A stretch of 64,000 nucleotides of DNA from Promethearchaeota archaeon (GTDB taxonomy: Archaea; Asgardarchaeota; Lokiarchaeia; Sigyniarchaeales; SOKP01), in contig JAFGOA010000110.1 in the NCBI GenBank assembly GCA_016926735.1, positions 2,682-66,681 on the forward strand, written 5' to 3'. The notes below the pieces were generated by a model. The model saw only the letters and a list, made by a program, of their open reading frames with translations. It was not told the DNA's origin and did no database searches. Of the stretch, positions 23,501 to 31,012 are shown piece after piece. The number at the start of each line of letters is the position of its first letter. The stretch's first letter is position 1. The translations under genes and the position numbers were made by a program.

Positions 23501-24887
23501 CAACATTGTAATAACTATCCCAACTATAACCTATTGAATCAATATATATTTTGCCAATAGTGTTACTAAAAGTACCTATTGAAAAAATAGATATTGGAGA
23601 ATCTAAAGATTCAAATGATCGTTTTACAAAGGGACTTCCATCAATATTCACTCTGAATTCATTATCACCCATTCCCCAATAACAACTATCTGATTTTATA
23701 TTTCTTTGATCTGTGCATATATCAATTCTCACATGATACCATACATTATTTTTAGGTGCAGGTAACGTTCCTAAAAGCAAAAAATTATCTCTTTTTCCAT
23801 CAAAACAATATTTCCAATTTCCATGATCAACAAAAATTGAAAATATTTCCTTCTTATCATTACATACTGCCATATAACCTGATGCATCTAATTGAGAGTC
23901 TTCGACAAGATAATGAAATTCGATTGTCCCAAAATCTTGAAAGTTAATATCATTAGTAAGATTATGGTCCGAAGTAGATATTGTTTCATTACTTATAATA
24001 CTCAAAACATTGCCATGAGAATTTTTTTCCTCAACGATTTCAAATGCATATTTACTATTTACAGATTCAGATAAATTCCATCCAAAAGGAATATCTCCTA
24101 TAATATCTTCTGAAAAGGAATAGGTTGCAGGGATTTCTGCACCTAATGAAAATTTAGGATTGGGAGCTTTATTTTTTATTTCCAAAAATCGAGTTCTCTG
24201 TGTTAAAGCACCCTGATCATCTTGGACGGTAACTGTAATAGGATAGACTCCTGCAGTGATCCATGTGTGTGTTACATAATTTTCATTTGAGACTAATTGT
24301 TCACCATCTCCTAAATCAAAAATATATGTGATATTTCCATTTTCTAAATCAAAATCACTGTCATTTATATTGACTGAAACCTGTATTATTTCATCCTCAT
24401 AAGGTCCATTTTGAGAATCCCATTGGAACTGGATATCATTTTGTTCAAATTGAGGTGGTCTATTAGATATCTCAATTAATATATCATCTCCATTAACATT
24501 AGTTATAGATTTCCAGATAGAATTTAATTTTCCCTCAAGTTGTCCGTATATGACTAATGTTGCATTGTAACTTCCTTCGAATTTATATACATACTCATAA
24601 TATCCCGCATTTATCTCTGATGATGATAAAAGAGTTTGATTTCCATCTCCAAAATTTAGAGAAACATAATCAGCAGGATCAAGATATAAAATATTCCATT
24701 GAAATCTTACTGTTTCTCCTACGTCTACTAACATGTCATCTGTATAGAAATATTCTATTTGAGTATCGTAAGTTAAAGCTAAAGACTGAGAAATGTCAGA
24801 TATTATTACAATAAATAATAAAGCAAGACTTATTCGCCATTTTTTAAATAATTTAGTTTTATTTTGCATAAAAATTTCCTTGTTCAT
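11505..24887 (-). CDS. Giant (4460 aa) surface protein: PKD domains, ConA/LamG-like modules, DxDxDG Ca-binding repeats, C-terminal multi-TM region
   Basis: Signal peptide; WDFGD/WSFGDG PKD motifs; many DPNNPDTDGDG-type repeats; hydrophobic helices near aa 3850-3960 and in the last ~200 aa. Confidence 0.85.
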   Translation of the reverse strand: MNKEIFMQNKTKLFKKWRISLALLFIVIISDISQSLALTYDTQIEYFYTDDMLVDVGETVRFQWNILYLDPADYVSLNFGDGNQTLLSSSEINAGYYEYVYKFEGSYNATLVIYGQLEGKLNSIWKSITNVNGDDILIEISNRPPQFEQNDIQFQWDSQNGPYEDEIIQVSVNINDSDFDLENGNITYIFDLGDGEQLVSNENYVTHTWITAGVYPITVTVQDDQGALTQRTRFLEIKNKAPNPKFSLGAEIPATYSFSEDIIGDIPFGWNLSESVNSKYAFEIVEEKNSHGNVLSIISNETISTSDHNLTNDINFQDFGTIEFHYLVEDSQLDASGYMAVCNDKKEIFSIFVDHGNWKYCFDGKRDNFLLLGTLPAPKNNVWYHVRIDICTDQRNIKSDSCYWGMGDNEFRVNIDGSPFVKRSFESLDSPISIFSIGTFSNTIGKIYIDSIGYSWDSYYNVGDNFDVYSPEYYGTYDWREGIIGSQPNGWEVYNDDVASDFETNPFFTEDYIHKEFRYYQDSEDIINNWVYHGGEGYYVIASPENLGLSLKENDTFSIKCDYQANYESYQGYYIVIRVQFNGVDYSNIYNLYYNYKSSGVLPQPLTMTLDKDLEVNQILIQYFYTDIMSLKEVQIYHETPVSPDLSNYLYREEFDSGDREYYLYNNENTVFHGELYNYLQENYTLDQFGGYVGQLCSGVNDGLYKSAFFYDDYWYIFCHYGVGGQMIFKYPEKGGQYIEHYNIYRDDALFEDIWFYDGYWYALCTDNDRIYIYDFNWVDTNIYYDINDIGNGPIENYPSALCFHDGYCYILGVSGDESNWYQTVYKWTTDFSHCIETYNLGEIIKKSDITNDFDYYDGYWYILNKTGSYNILKYDENWNFIESSFYPSSFTGDSDFDYLTDFYEISYTRTDPNNPDTDGDGFFDSVEYYQGTNPLDPNSSPYDLTMPDNDGDKLSDIDEINIYYTDPNNPDTDQDGVNDQMEVFIYSLDPLNPNIPDREISGIKFHQDHLYCINYFGVLIYNTMNISKIHQNNEKGYIYIQTNKTETLRLRSPNNLYTYLHYGDKINIKYDSRTSNVLTLKLYDFNGNALTYDLIEPGTPMATSINLNQVSPTWDSLSFTISEDIYIDYIEIGGVFYDKEYLLIDSITFEKTSNTYHYVAGEKSDQLLIIEPEISQDLYLRKGVKIEFDFITSSSHEISLVVVDPVGIRDYYIISPEGNTNFNRQKITLSIREDIYMSSIEIRGLLERGEMIIMEEINFFDGIHSDISYIDAGDDFGKVIQICDRSSLNNLWMENEIEYQNEGTLEFWFQTSNVSTSVWSLNFFEGTSTIFKLFIDNNEWRYSLDGITSSSINGLELPNEYQWCPVKINFDGTLNHFQISVNNSEYIVLENVEFNGIDRLRFETFKENKGTFLLDAIGYSWDKNYNLGENQISYVVYPEKTNIQFSAADSTDTISDYDSLQYFWDFGDNSSGYGKYISHNYLTSGNYNITLICKDNNGVTTSFTQIVKIYNTYPEIEIGNSFESLCINEGETIFFNAESWDDITDFASLDYYWSFETTEDSIYAFDDSILGGWRQSHLYEDDYSGKLGVMVKDSEGDYNYDLRRILVKNVDPLISIYDAYIISNISFEVVRSDVDKHANFSFELVADNLFAYKKELSLNQTNGLSVSSTAVETMMSLSNNWRVNVLSDGNLPEFSWFRVNIHLEFLDGQQLTITSGKIYGEESVDLSINLNPYWVNVIDNTFKYPITMLANIFDPSTDDITIDINYYATMLVEISCSNFIPCSETITISKELGPVSLTYRLFEEEGKKYFEIRANQKVYENNFYENDFPTQIDFSFDIYPIFNIEEFLIETMNLENLNIINYNVGTNRINAYAQDDDNGSNTQIIKFDSIFEFENLSPSLEIAIPNNDTINTEVSFIVKVSDFDQLESEKTSIIQEIIEDDIPSIPTDIAIRNGSICNTFGDLQYNDNEYVEFSTDHSFTEDIVFFDDFNDGVRDPNWQDHIIKFGLISEKNGYLNIQTNQFGIWEDWSIFFSAYAPYSTIPLSLFSTENWEVMVEIVNPYYDQIGFHNYGLLLYENEKNVWLFGASNEETMRLSKIVNGHKIDVIESPSDATYLKIRKMNNRFYFEYSIDNQNWNILEIIDNLEINPTHTGLYHRSTASLDFFNKNISFDNFTMRNIRESDYYLDFTSYLDLDDLQDEQIRNYIQLNADMKLDSSQIVNISIYNFNQNSWELIESTLISNDYYHFSYTIPEQGYLDIDNRIYIRFEILNDTNSFHFFLDKLQLMYSSSRILNYKSERIIFKGFDIANQEDGDIYIQEGLEYAIGDLSTKDNDYAIFNSTYNTETNMYNLSYVTGFSLNNALIDDKIDSISCLFSFRTNISQNMEFSIFNFTSNEWIFIDTFLAIEFSDFSYNFDINQSDLYLNNEILIKFELVNQISPFSMDLDLFRIDYEYLPHYILSDNIKYSELNLLKDSEPYATYIISDNYIDFVLKLKDLDQYRKFQVGILQFSFSSNLTQYIDIFLYNYSENSWSLIKDDMLIYEDIITEDYYIVNSTDFINSAGLFTIRFEGASEDIFKLYVENITMIYKISEVWGQFGDTMNSGDFISLGFLSNEYEWVYYGLTNFTRNGDYLVIITADDGNSVIRKGGKITILDMPPYAKIGFIKSEVVEDEEIQLTSELFFYGKYAEETRFEWSFGDGNYAYEQNPLHAWNIAGTYNITLKIVDSFGNSYTDNYTITIEEEAPEITGPYTFSGIQGQAVVLNIDVSDSFFDEMDLQYEWYNVPKDELDGKNPFSYDQKPVIFLDCGNYTYSLKVIDSSGMSNIIDFDIEIEDIPPVAYACSYMYHGARGNSINLHVYVYDSYLENDFTYEWTILNDDLDQLNGIIWYGTKTGVVTFVCMNTIMYMGQIIATDKYNRASTCDFYINSFIDTNGNTFSDELEAQLRENGIDNPLDAPDDDGDGISDILEDNVFPTDPTNPDSDNDGLYDGIDPSTGLGEFTYGTYQNNDDTDSDGLLDGVEVYGWNISINSLDVHVYSHPKEEDTDGDGLSDFEEYMLKYDPKNSDTDNDGFPDTIDPYPVSYDYDNDGLSDFEEYTLGTALDVADTDGDGLSDGEEVNGWYFKTNPLSQDSDHDLLSDTSEIMTSKTNKKYYSNNKYIGSERVEFTQAIYIHFDQQIQEAIGAQISFTLAFGEYGSSDTMDYGFSDHSIPNLKIKIKKDNLILYENYSFNERYVSQVIDIKDLIENATNVNYYGRYYIEINNYNAKCMLEDFNIEVIRYLDPNDSDFDNDGLLDGVETQMVVKGWDTIDFSSKYLNNLTTTNSTEEPYYNEIILEIPSIGIVDDALLDLEIISEQHLTESGDITIELVKDEIDNRIEDPVLISEFNKPLLVDEVYNYNIELNLKNLLNSRAISEYYGKYILRILINTESKTDNFTISKFSLDINTWIYAGINDWSAWITDPARWSTDKDGFSDSYEIEHGYNPQSEDTDGDGVWDDKDVDPLHNVILKIDFREAYGGSHLEAGVNLKHQGNDLTIWTPYTINSNTLQRQYYIDIDDNRKTIDLNFYLYDMHHIDFREIIQYKKIKIENKILDFLFGWLVEIVYKIIEIIRSIKIELPDTKIGEWNSRYTVQPNSETSYNFGKLYVKVSTIPLNRINTIAVFEENSTFSGHYESQEKMNVLILHVKDEPIGYGNPFVKGLNTVLIPTRIFEKTKLNAKFQKEELSTTPLAECEFSSIERDDSGESNIACENIDFVVIQEDLTAAQALEILNLLREVLINDTTSETALLNTYISTKYNNIAIEQMNVNNDVLGISPYNGELYQNSPQGDAPKNLWESILQNLENLGNLIISFVQAVAQIIEHIIKAIVDIAMEILSNLGDLMWILIRAAILILAYITLALDIIAFIQTFILFLAISLLLVPITGKFPSIGFLSIEFEILGSLIKLKAWIEWIEIKYYNMSIPILVSEYTFGTLIMNSEKGIILKDQINNMELNDLGGVVLLDSSNNLTKSTTDSQSNKSQILNDITIVEDRANSIKNSEINTEYLVHSEVDKITGVPGDKFRFSVDFVDDPVNLPNLIPDITIKITSPRGIETEVEMQTDDGSHYYRDIELYHTGIHSYKMILKNESEIIELYSTEIKQGPILTYGEDLNRCFSNVEISKDKCTTYDKIVYSVNYKGADILPDSVEPNIILKIWDQDKKLYEFEMNSIDKKYYEKTIQFSRENLYKWNISLRDQYDNNIYTTDEKTVIVNDLYKLESPYLSSFCLLISALATTIAFISNLTQIKYHPTDNPCRWPSITYWSICTGLIAISIGTLIHIINNEKNPSEACYNSAFAFLIMFISFSIGMYIGTKKSDLVAAPLIKTVLFILVGSFLDFFEDIFSTDNAIVQMLASLFSIISKGFGVILAGMEFTDPPDPKKTQKNNNDNRNRKEGFIFAGILFLFCIVFFITGRINDNKDADIV

Positions 24888-24983
24888 TTTTTATTTTCAT
24901 TTTTACAACTTTTATTTATTTTTTTTTAAATTCTAAGATTAAAAATAATCTAAATATGGTTTCTAATTATATTGTATAATTTA

Positions 24984-25052
24984 TAAATACCTTTTGGACC
25001 AAAATTTTACAGAAAACAAGATTTAAATACTTATTAGGACCAAAATTTTACA
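24984..25052. promoter_or_regulatory. Tandem 16-bp direct repeat (putative operator) between the divergent giant gene and wHTH gene
   Basis: GGACCAAAATTTTACA at 24996-25011 and 25037-25052, each preceded by TAAATAC. Confidence 0.6.
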
Positions 25053-25186
25053 AAATATTATTTTATTGTTGATTTTTTTTAAAAGTTTAAAAAAATATAT
25101 ATTAAATAATTGTAGGTTGAAAAAAAAGACTTATATACTAAAATATATTATAATATATCATAATATAAGAAAAAAACCCTAAAAAA

Positions 25187-25906
25187 ATGGCAATAGAAAT
25201 AGATAAGGATCGATTTAAACCTGATGAATATAAAATTAGGAAAGTCTTAGAAATTGCAAAAGATTTGAATAATAAAAATCAAGTGCTAAATCTCGAACTT
25301 ATTTATAAAACTATTAAAAAAAGATTAAAATTACCCAGAAAAGAGATTTTGAGGATAATAGAATATCTTTTCAATAATAATCTTTTAGTAGAAGGTAGAA
25401 AAAACACAAAAGAAACAGTTCTATTAAATTTATACAGAAGGAAAATCTATAACATCATTATTAAACACAATGGAGCTCATTTTTCCTTTATTAGAAAGAA
25501 AATATTTAAAAACTACACAACTAATTCAGGACAGCTTCTCTGGCATTTAAATATGTTACTTAGTTATGATTTTATAAAAAAAATCAAGATTGGGAACTTT
25601 ACAATTTTTCTTCCAATAAATATGAGCAATGATATAGGGACACTCTACTTTTTTCTAAAAGATAAGATTAATAAGAAAATATTTGAATTATTAAAATTAC
25701 AGGATAAAGTTAAGAAAACAGAAGTTTACAAGGAGATTAATGAAAATAGAGAGAAAGTGTATTATAGATTAAAAGTCTTAATTGAAAATGAGATTATATC
25801 ATATTCAAATAACGAAAATAATGAAGTTTTCCTTGTATCAAGATTTAAAAACATAGATAATAATAAAATAGAATTTGGAGAAAAAAAAAGATTGATTTAT
25901 GAGTGA
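25187..25906 (+). CDS. Multi-winged-helix transcriptional regulator
   Basis: YRRKIYNIIIKHNGAHFS...LLWHLNMLL; same architecture as 10633..11337. Confidence 0.8.
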   Translation: MAIEIDKDRFKPDEYKIRKVLEIAKDLNNKNQVLNLELIYKTIKKRLKLPRKEILRIIEYLFNNNLLVEGRKNTKETVLLNLYRRKIYNIIIKHNGAHFSFIRKKIFKNYTTNSGQLLWHLNMLLSYDFIKKIKIGNFTIFLPINMSNDIGTLYFFLKDKINKKIFELLKLQDKVKKTEVYKEINENREKVYYRLKVLIENEIISYSNNENNEVFLVSRFKNIDNNKIEFGEKKRLIYE

Positions 25907-27188
25907 AATAACTATTTTTGAGTTTGTACCGGGAATTATTTTGAGTATTGTTGCACTAATTACAACTATAGCAATGAATTCTGCTCCAAGAACAAGAAAT
26001 ATACCATCTCTATTTTATATCTGTATTTCAAATTATTTCTATGTTTTATTCAAATGCTTTGATAGCTTTTCAATCCTTTTAAATAATGAAATCTTAGCTC
26101 ATATTGCTGGATTGATGGTTTTTCCAGAAGCTTTTTTTTTAGTAATTGGAATAAATCTAACAATGAAAAACAAAATATCATCCTTTGGTTTATATATTAT
26201 TGTAGGTCTTGGATTTATTTTGATATTTTTAACATTTCAGCAAATTGGGAATACGATCTTAATTTCATATGAAGATCCCCTAACGACAGCTAAGGATATT
26301 TTATCAGATATCTCTATTTACTTCACAATAATAATTCTTCTTTACTATTTTTATTGGGGTGTAAAAACTTGGATTAATTCTCCCTTTTTGATAAAAAGAG
26401 AGGCATTGATTTTATTGATAGGAATTACTTTAATATCTGTTAATGCAATGATATTAGTTTTTCTGGGTATACTTTTTGGTTATTATCTTGTTTTTTCTTC
26501 ATATATTTCAACAACTTTAGGATTGATTCTTTTTATGATAGCAATTTTAAAGGAACCTAAGCTTTTGTATATTCTACCGTTTAAAGTATATAGATTGATA
26601 GTGAAAGATAAAAATGGATATCTATTATTCAGTTTTAATTGGTCCGAATCTTATATCAATAATATTATATTTACAGAATTTTTAAATCGAATTCAATTTA
26701 TGAGCGAAGAAATTATAGATAGAGGAGAATTATTGAATATTCATTTAAGAGATGGACTCCTAATCTTGAATGAATCCAAATATATCACAGTTGGTTTAAT
26801 TGCATCTAAATCTTCAAAATTATTAAGAACATCATTAAATAATTTTGCGACGGATTTTGAAGTATTATTTAAGAGATTATTAAAAAAATTTTGTATAGAC
26901 ATGGAGGAATATAAATCAAGTTATAGATTAATAGAAAAACACTTTTCAAATTTTCCATATAAAACTATAAAAAGTAAAAAACAGCCTCTTCTTTTAAATA
27001 TTGAAGAAAATGATATTCCTATAAATATAAAAAAGCAACTTGAGAATGTCTTTGATAATGAATCTGAATATAATTCTATTAAATCTGATATAATTGACTC
27101 CCCTAACTTTTTAATATCGAAATTTTTTGATTTTTACGATGAAATGAAACAAGAAATTGAAGATGATAATCTTAAAACAATAGAATAA
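25899..27188 (+). CDS. 7-TM membrane protein with cytoplasmic longin/roadblock-like domain
   Basis: About seven hydrophobic helices, then EPKLLYILPFKVYRLIV...ITVGLIASKSSKLLR; overlaps the upstream gene. Confidence 0.7.
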   Translation: MSEITIFEFVPGIILSIVALITTIAMNSAPRTRNIPSLFYICISNYFYVLFKCFDSFSILLNNEILAHIAGLMVFPEAFFLVIGINLTMKNKISSFGLYIIVGLGFILIFLTFQQIGNTILISYEDPLTTAKDILSDISIYFTIIILLYYFYWGVKTWINSPFLIKREALILLIGITLISVNAMILVFLGILFGYYLVFSSYISTTLGLILFMIAILKEPKLLYILPFKVYRLIVKDKNGYLLFSFNWSESYINNIIFTEFLNRIQFMSEEIIDRGELLNIHLRDGLLILNESKYITVGLIASKSSKLLRTSLNNFATDFEVLFKRLLKKFCIDMEEYKSSYRLIEKHFSNFPYKTIKSKKQPLLLNIEENDIPINIKKQLENVFDNESEYNSIKSDIIDSPNFLISKFFDFYDEMKQEIEDDNLKTIE

Positions 27189-27381
27189 TAAATAATTCAT
27201 TCAATTTTCTATGAATTTGAAAGACAACCTTTTTAAAGAGAGGAGTTTCTAATTAAAAAAACTTTTTTTAATCCTATACTAATCCTATAAAATGTTTTCC
27301 CTATATCTCTACTAAATTGATTAATTATTTTAGATAAATTTACTAGTAGTAATTATCAGACAGAGAAAAGAAGGAGATTAT

Positions 27382-28197
27382 ATGTCAAATAAAAATGACT
27401 TTATAGATAATAAATCTACAATAGATGAAGGCAATAACCATATATTAAAAATAAAAGATCTCAATTTTACTTATCCTAATTCAGGTATTCAAGCAATTAA
27501 TAATCTATCTCTTACTATTGAAAGTGGAGATTTTATAGGTCTTGTTGGTCCCAACGGTTCCGGAAAAACAACGCTATTATATTTATTAGCAGGGTTATAT
27601 AAACCAACTTCTGGAAAGATTTTATATAAAGAACAAAATATCGATACTCTCAATCAATATGATTAGGCTAAAAAAATAGGATTTATATTTCAGAATCCTG
27701 AAAATATGATCTTTAAGAGAACCATTGAAGATGAAATATTATATGCACCAAATAATTTTAATCTCCGAAAGGACATTAATAGGGAATATTTATTGAAACT
27801 AATATCTTTAATTGGAGATGAAGATCCTAAAAAAAATCCATTTAACCTAAGTTGGGGACAAAAACGTCGGTTAAATTTATCTTCAATTTTTGTATATAAT
27901 CCTGAAATTATTTTATTGGATGAACCCTTTATAGGTCAAGATCAAAAAACTATTGACTCAATTATCGAAACTCTTTTTATTGAAAATAAGCGAGGAAAAA
28001 CGATAATTATATCTTCACATGATTATCATTTACTCTTAAAATATACAAATCGAGTTATAGAATTAGATAAAAGTGGAAAATTGCAATTTTATAATAAAAG
28101 CTATGATTTTTTCCAAAAGCATCAAAATCTAGGTCCTATAAAATTATTGAATGAAATTGAAAAAAGAATTCATCAAATAGGATATAGTGGAAAATAA
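27382..28197 (+). pseudogene. ecfA: ECF transporter ATPase (EcfA/CbiO family) interrupted by in-frame TAG (27664-27666)
   Basis: Walker A GPNGSGKT, then D*AKKIGFIFQNPE (Q-loop), LSWGQKRR and LLDEP, all in one frame. Confidence 0.85.
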
Positions 28198-28240
28198 CAA
28201 ATGGAGTATCCAAATTCAATAATCATAAAAGTTCAATTTA

Positions 28241-28918
28241 TTATTGTATTTTTAACATTTGATTTCCTCCCTTCTGAAATTCATAAGGAACTTTTTCAAT
28301 TTTCGCTTTCTTTCCTAATTGGTATAAATCATCAATTATTTTACCTACATAAGGAGAAAAAACATTATTTACATTGAGGAGTGGAAAAATTCTTACTTCT
28401 TTTGCAACCCTACACATTTCAGAAATAGCTCTTAAATGAAAATCATAAGTTAAAATGTCAGTATAGAAAAAAAGAAGATGAGAGCTTAAACCTAAATCAA
28501 ATTCTTCATCTTGAAATGATAAATGAGGTAATTTAGCTTCTATATATCGTCCTTCTTTTTTTCCTTTTTTAAAATCAGAGAGAAATTTTTTCATTGAAGA
28601 CATTCTTAATTCACCAAGAGCCTCTACAGAAGAAATTCGTTCCCAAATGAATTTTTCTTGATTTTGATATGTTTGACCAATTACATTATCATATGTTTCT
28701 TTAATTCGCTCTTGAATTTGTTTTGCTGTAAATTGATAGAGAGGATCTATTGAGGTTACTTGATATCCAAGTTTTGTCATTTCATAATTAAAGCTAGCGG
28801 GGCCATCACCACATCCTAAAATCTTCAATTTAAGATTTTCGGGTGTAAGATTAAACATCCAAATGTATTCTTCCATAGAACGTCCCCATGGAACAACCTC
28901 ATCATATTTATAGGGCAT
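28241..28918 (-). CDS. Class I SAM-dependent methyltransferase-like protein
   Basis: GRSMEEY..MF, ILGCGDGPASF, FDLGLSSHLLF, EVRIFPL. Confidence 0.8.
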   Translation of the reverse strand: MPYKYDEVVPWGRSMEEYIWMFNLTPENLKLKILGCGDGPASFNYEMTKLGYQVTSIDPLYQFTAKQIQERIKETYDNVIGQTYQNQEKFIWERISSVEALGELRMSSMKKFLSDFKKGKKEGRYIEAKLPHLSFQDEEFDLGLSSHLLFFYTDILTYDFHLRAISEMCRVAKEVRIFPLLNVNNVFSPYVGKIIDDLYQLGKKAKIEKVPYEFQKGGNQMLKIQ

Positions 28919-28965
28919 AATAGAATATTAATATGTGATAAATTTTATATTTTAACATTATAGAT

Positions 28966-29775
28966 TTAAAAAGTCTTTCTTTGTATTTGATCCCCTAAAT
29001 TCTTTTCAAAATAGGAGCTTACTTTTAAGAAACATGTAATTCCTCCAAGAGAATCTATATAAATTCCTGAAGCATTCTCTGAGTTTATGATTTGTATTTT
29101 TATATTTCTATTTTGAACAATTTGTAAAAGTCGATTTAAACGGTTTTTTTGAGGATGGTTGCCAATATAATTTGTAGTGATTACAATATATTCTGGATTT
29201 AATTTTAAAGGTTTAAATCTTTTCTTTTTCTTTCCTCCTGCATATATTATTTTCTCAATCTCATCTAAAGTATAAAATACGCATCCATCATTTTTATGAT
29301 GTAATCTTTTTTGTAATATTTCAATAATTTGTCCATCTTCATGAATTTTAGCAGATTTCACTTCTTCAGAATATTGTTCCGAATCAATCATTTTAAGAAT
29401 TTCATAAGTATTCTTGATTGAACCTTTTAAGGATCTTATTACTATCGAATCTGGATTTTTCTCATCTATTAACCATTTTTGGTGTATTTTGATATGATTT
29501 AAAAAATCTTTATTATATTGCTTTTTAATTGGATTTATTAGAATAACACTCTTAATTCCGATTTGAATTATTTCTCGAAGTTTAGTTAGAATTTTTTCAA
29601 AATAATAATATAGTTCTTTTTTTTTCAAATATTCATAATTCTTGTTCCAACTATATGTAATAATTTTTTCTAACTTCTTACTATATACTTTCCAAATTGT
29701 TGCTTGTTTATTTTCAAAAGTGATTAAGACATTTTTAAGGAATCCTCTTCCTTTTTTATGTTTCTTCATTGTCAT
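28966..29775 (-). CDS. aeRF1/pelota-like protein (domains 2-3 only, divergent)
   Basis: C-terminal 'RLLQIVQNRNIKIQIINSENASGIYIDSLGGITCF' resembles eRF1 domain 3; no GGQ. Confidence 0.55.
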   Translation of the reverse strand: MTMKKHKKGRGFLKNVLITFENKQATIWKVYSKKLEKIITYSWNKNYEYLKKKELYYYFEKILTKLREIIQIGIKSVILINPIKKQYNKDFLNHIKIHQKWLIDEKNPDSIVIRSLKGSIKNTYEILKMIDSEQYSEEVKSAKIHEDGQIIEILQKRLHHKNDGCVFYTLDEIEKIIYAGGKKKKRFKPLKLNPEYIVITTNYIGNHPQKNRLNRLLQIVQNRNIKIQIINSENASGIYIDSLGGITCFLKVSSYFEKNLGDQIQRKTF

Positions 29776-29810
29776 AATTTTTCTTTTTTTTTTTTAAATC
29801 GATATTTTAG

Positions 29811-30947
29811 TTATCTCTTAAGATATATTGAGATTATATCTCCATCTTCGATAGTATGATCGAGATTTGTAAATTTTTGTCCGGGATGTTTAGCAGATTT
29901 ACCCCATACTAATGCATATCTATAATCTTTTACAAATCTCTTATGAATTTTATTGCAGAGTGTTTCGATCGTGTCTCCATGATGCATAATAATTGGATTT
30001 TCCATATCTGTCTTTTGTTTTGGAGGTTTTAGATAAATTCTTATTAGATCTAATTCATTAAAAATGTTGTGACGAAGAGAATCAATATTTTCTTTATTTT
30101 TTGCGGAGATCATTACCCAATGGTTATGACCAATTTTATCTGAAATCTCTTTGTTTGATATGGGTGAATTCATTAAATCTGATTTATTAATTACAACAAA
30201 CTCTTTCGTATATATACGATTTCCCATTATATAGTCTATTAAATCATCTGGTGTTGTCATTGGATCTGCAAAATAAACTCCAGCATTTCGAATTTTTAGA
30301 TCATTCATTAATGATTTAACATCATCAGTAGTCATGACCTGTTTTCCTTTATATGTGAAATGAATACCTCCTTTTGTTCTAGTTTTTATCTGAATTCGAG
30401 GGGGTTTTTTATTTAATCGAATGCCTGCATCATTTAACTCTTTTCTGATGATATCTAAATCTGAAAAATTAATAGAGCCATCTTCTTTAAAACAAATTAT
30501 AATAAGGATTAATTCTGCAGAGCGTACGGTCCCTAATACTTCTTTACCACGTCCTTTTCCCGCAGCAGCTCCAAGAATTATTCCAGGTAAATCAATTAAT
30601 TGTATATTTGCTTTTTCAATATAAAACATTCCAGGAATAGCTGTAAGTGTTGTAAATTCATAAGCCGCAACTTTAGAATGTGTTTTATCTTCAGTAAGCA
30701 GATTAAGTAAAGATGATTTTCCCACAGAAGGAAATCCAATGAAAGCTACTTGTGCATCTCCCGATTTCTTAACTCCAAACCCTCCTCCACCTCCTTTTTT
30801 AGAACTAACAATTGTTATTAACTCCTCGCGGAGTTTAGCAAGTTGAGCTTTAATGAAATTTATAGATCTCATAGTATGTTTATTTGGAATAGTGTTTGCT
30901 AATCTTTCCTCTAATTCTTTAATACGGTCTTCTACTTTTTCACTCAT
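29811..30947 (-). CDS. drg: DRG/Rbg family OBG-type GTPase with TGS domain
   Basis: GFPSVGKS, YEFTTLT, DLPG, NKSD, C-terminal TGS. Confidence 0.95.
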   Translation of the reverse strand: MSEKVEDRIKELEERLANTIPNKHTMRSINFIKAQLAKLREELITIVSSKKGGGGGFGVKKSGDAQVAFIGFPSVGKSSLLNLLTEDKTHSKVAAYEFTTLTAIPGMFYIEKANIQLIDLPGIILGAAAGKGRGKEVLGTVRSAELILIIICFKEDGSINFSDLDIIRKELNDAGIRLNKKPPRIQIKTRTKGGIHFTYKGKQVMTTDDVKSLMNDLKIRNAGVYFADPMTTPDDLIDYIMGNRIYTKEFVVINKSDLMNSPISNKEISDKIGHNHWVMISAKNKENIDSLRHNIFNELDLIRIYLKPPKQKTDMENPIIMHHGDTIETLCNKIHKRFVKDYRYALVWGKSAKHPGQKFTNLDHTIEDGDIISIYLKR

Positions 30948-31012
30948 GTCTATACTAGATTATGAACTAAAGTCAAAAAATTTTATTAGTTTTAAAATTC
31001 TATTTTATTGTC

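Noticed and set aside
12646-24814. Short plus-strand ORFs inside the giant gene, and similar short shadow ORFs elsewhere (e.g. 11..271, 817..1005, 30421, 32227, 39229, 44844, 45603, 61465)
   Set aside because: They overlap well-supported genes and have no motifs or SD support.
27664-27666. Pyrrolysine (amber) readthrough
   Set aside because: Non-catalytic position one substitution from Leu; no pyl genes in the window; similar lesions occur with TAA and TGA.
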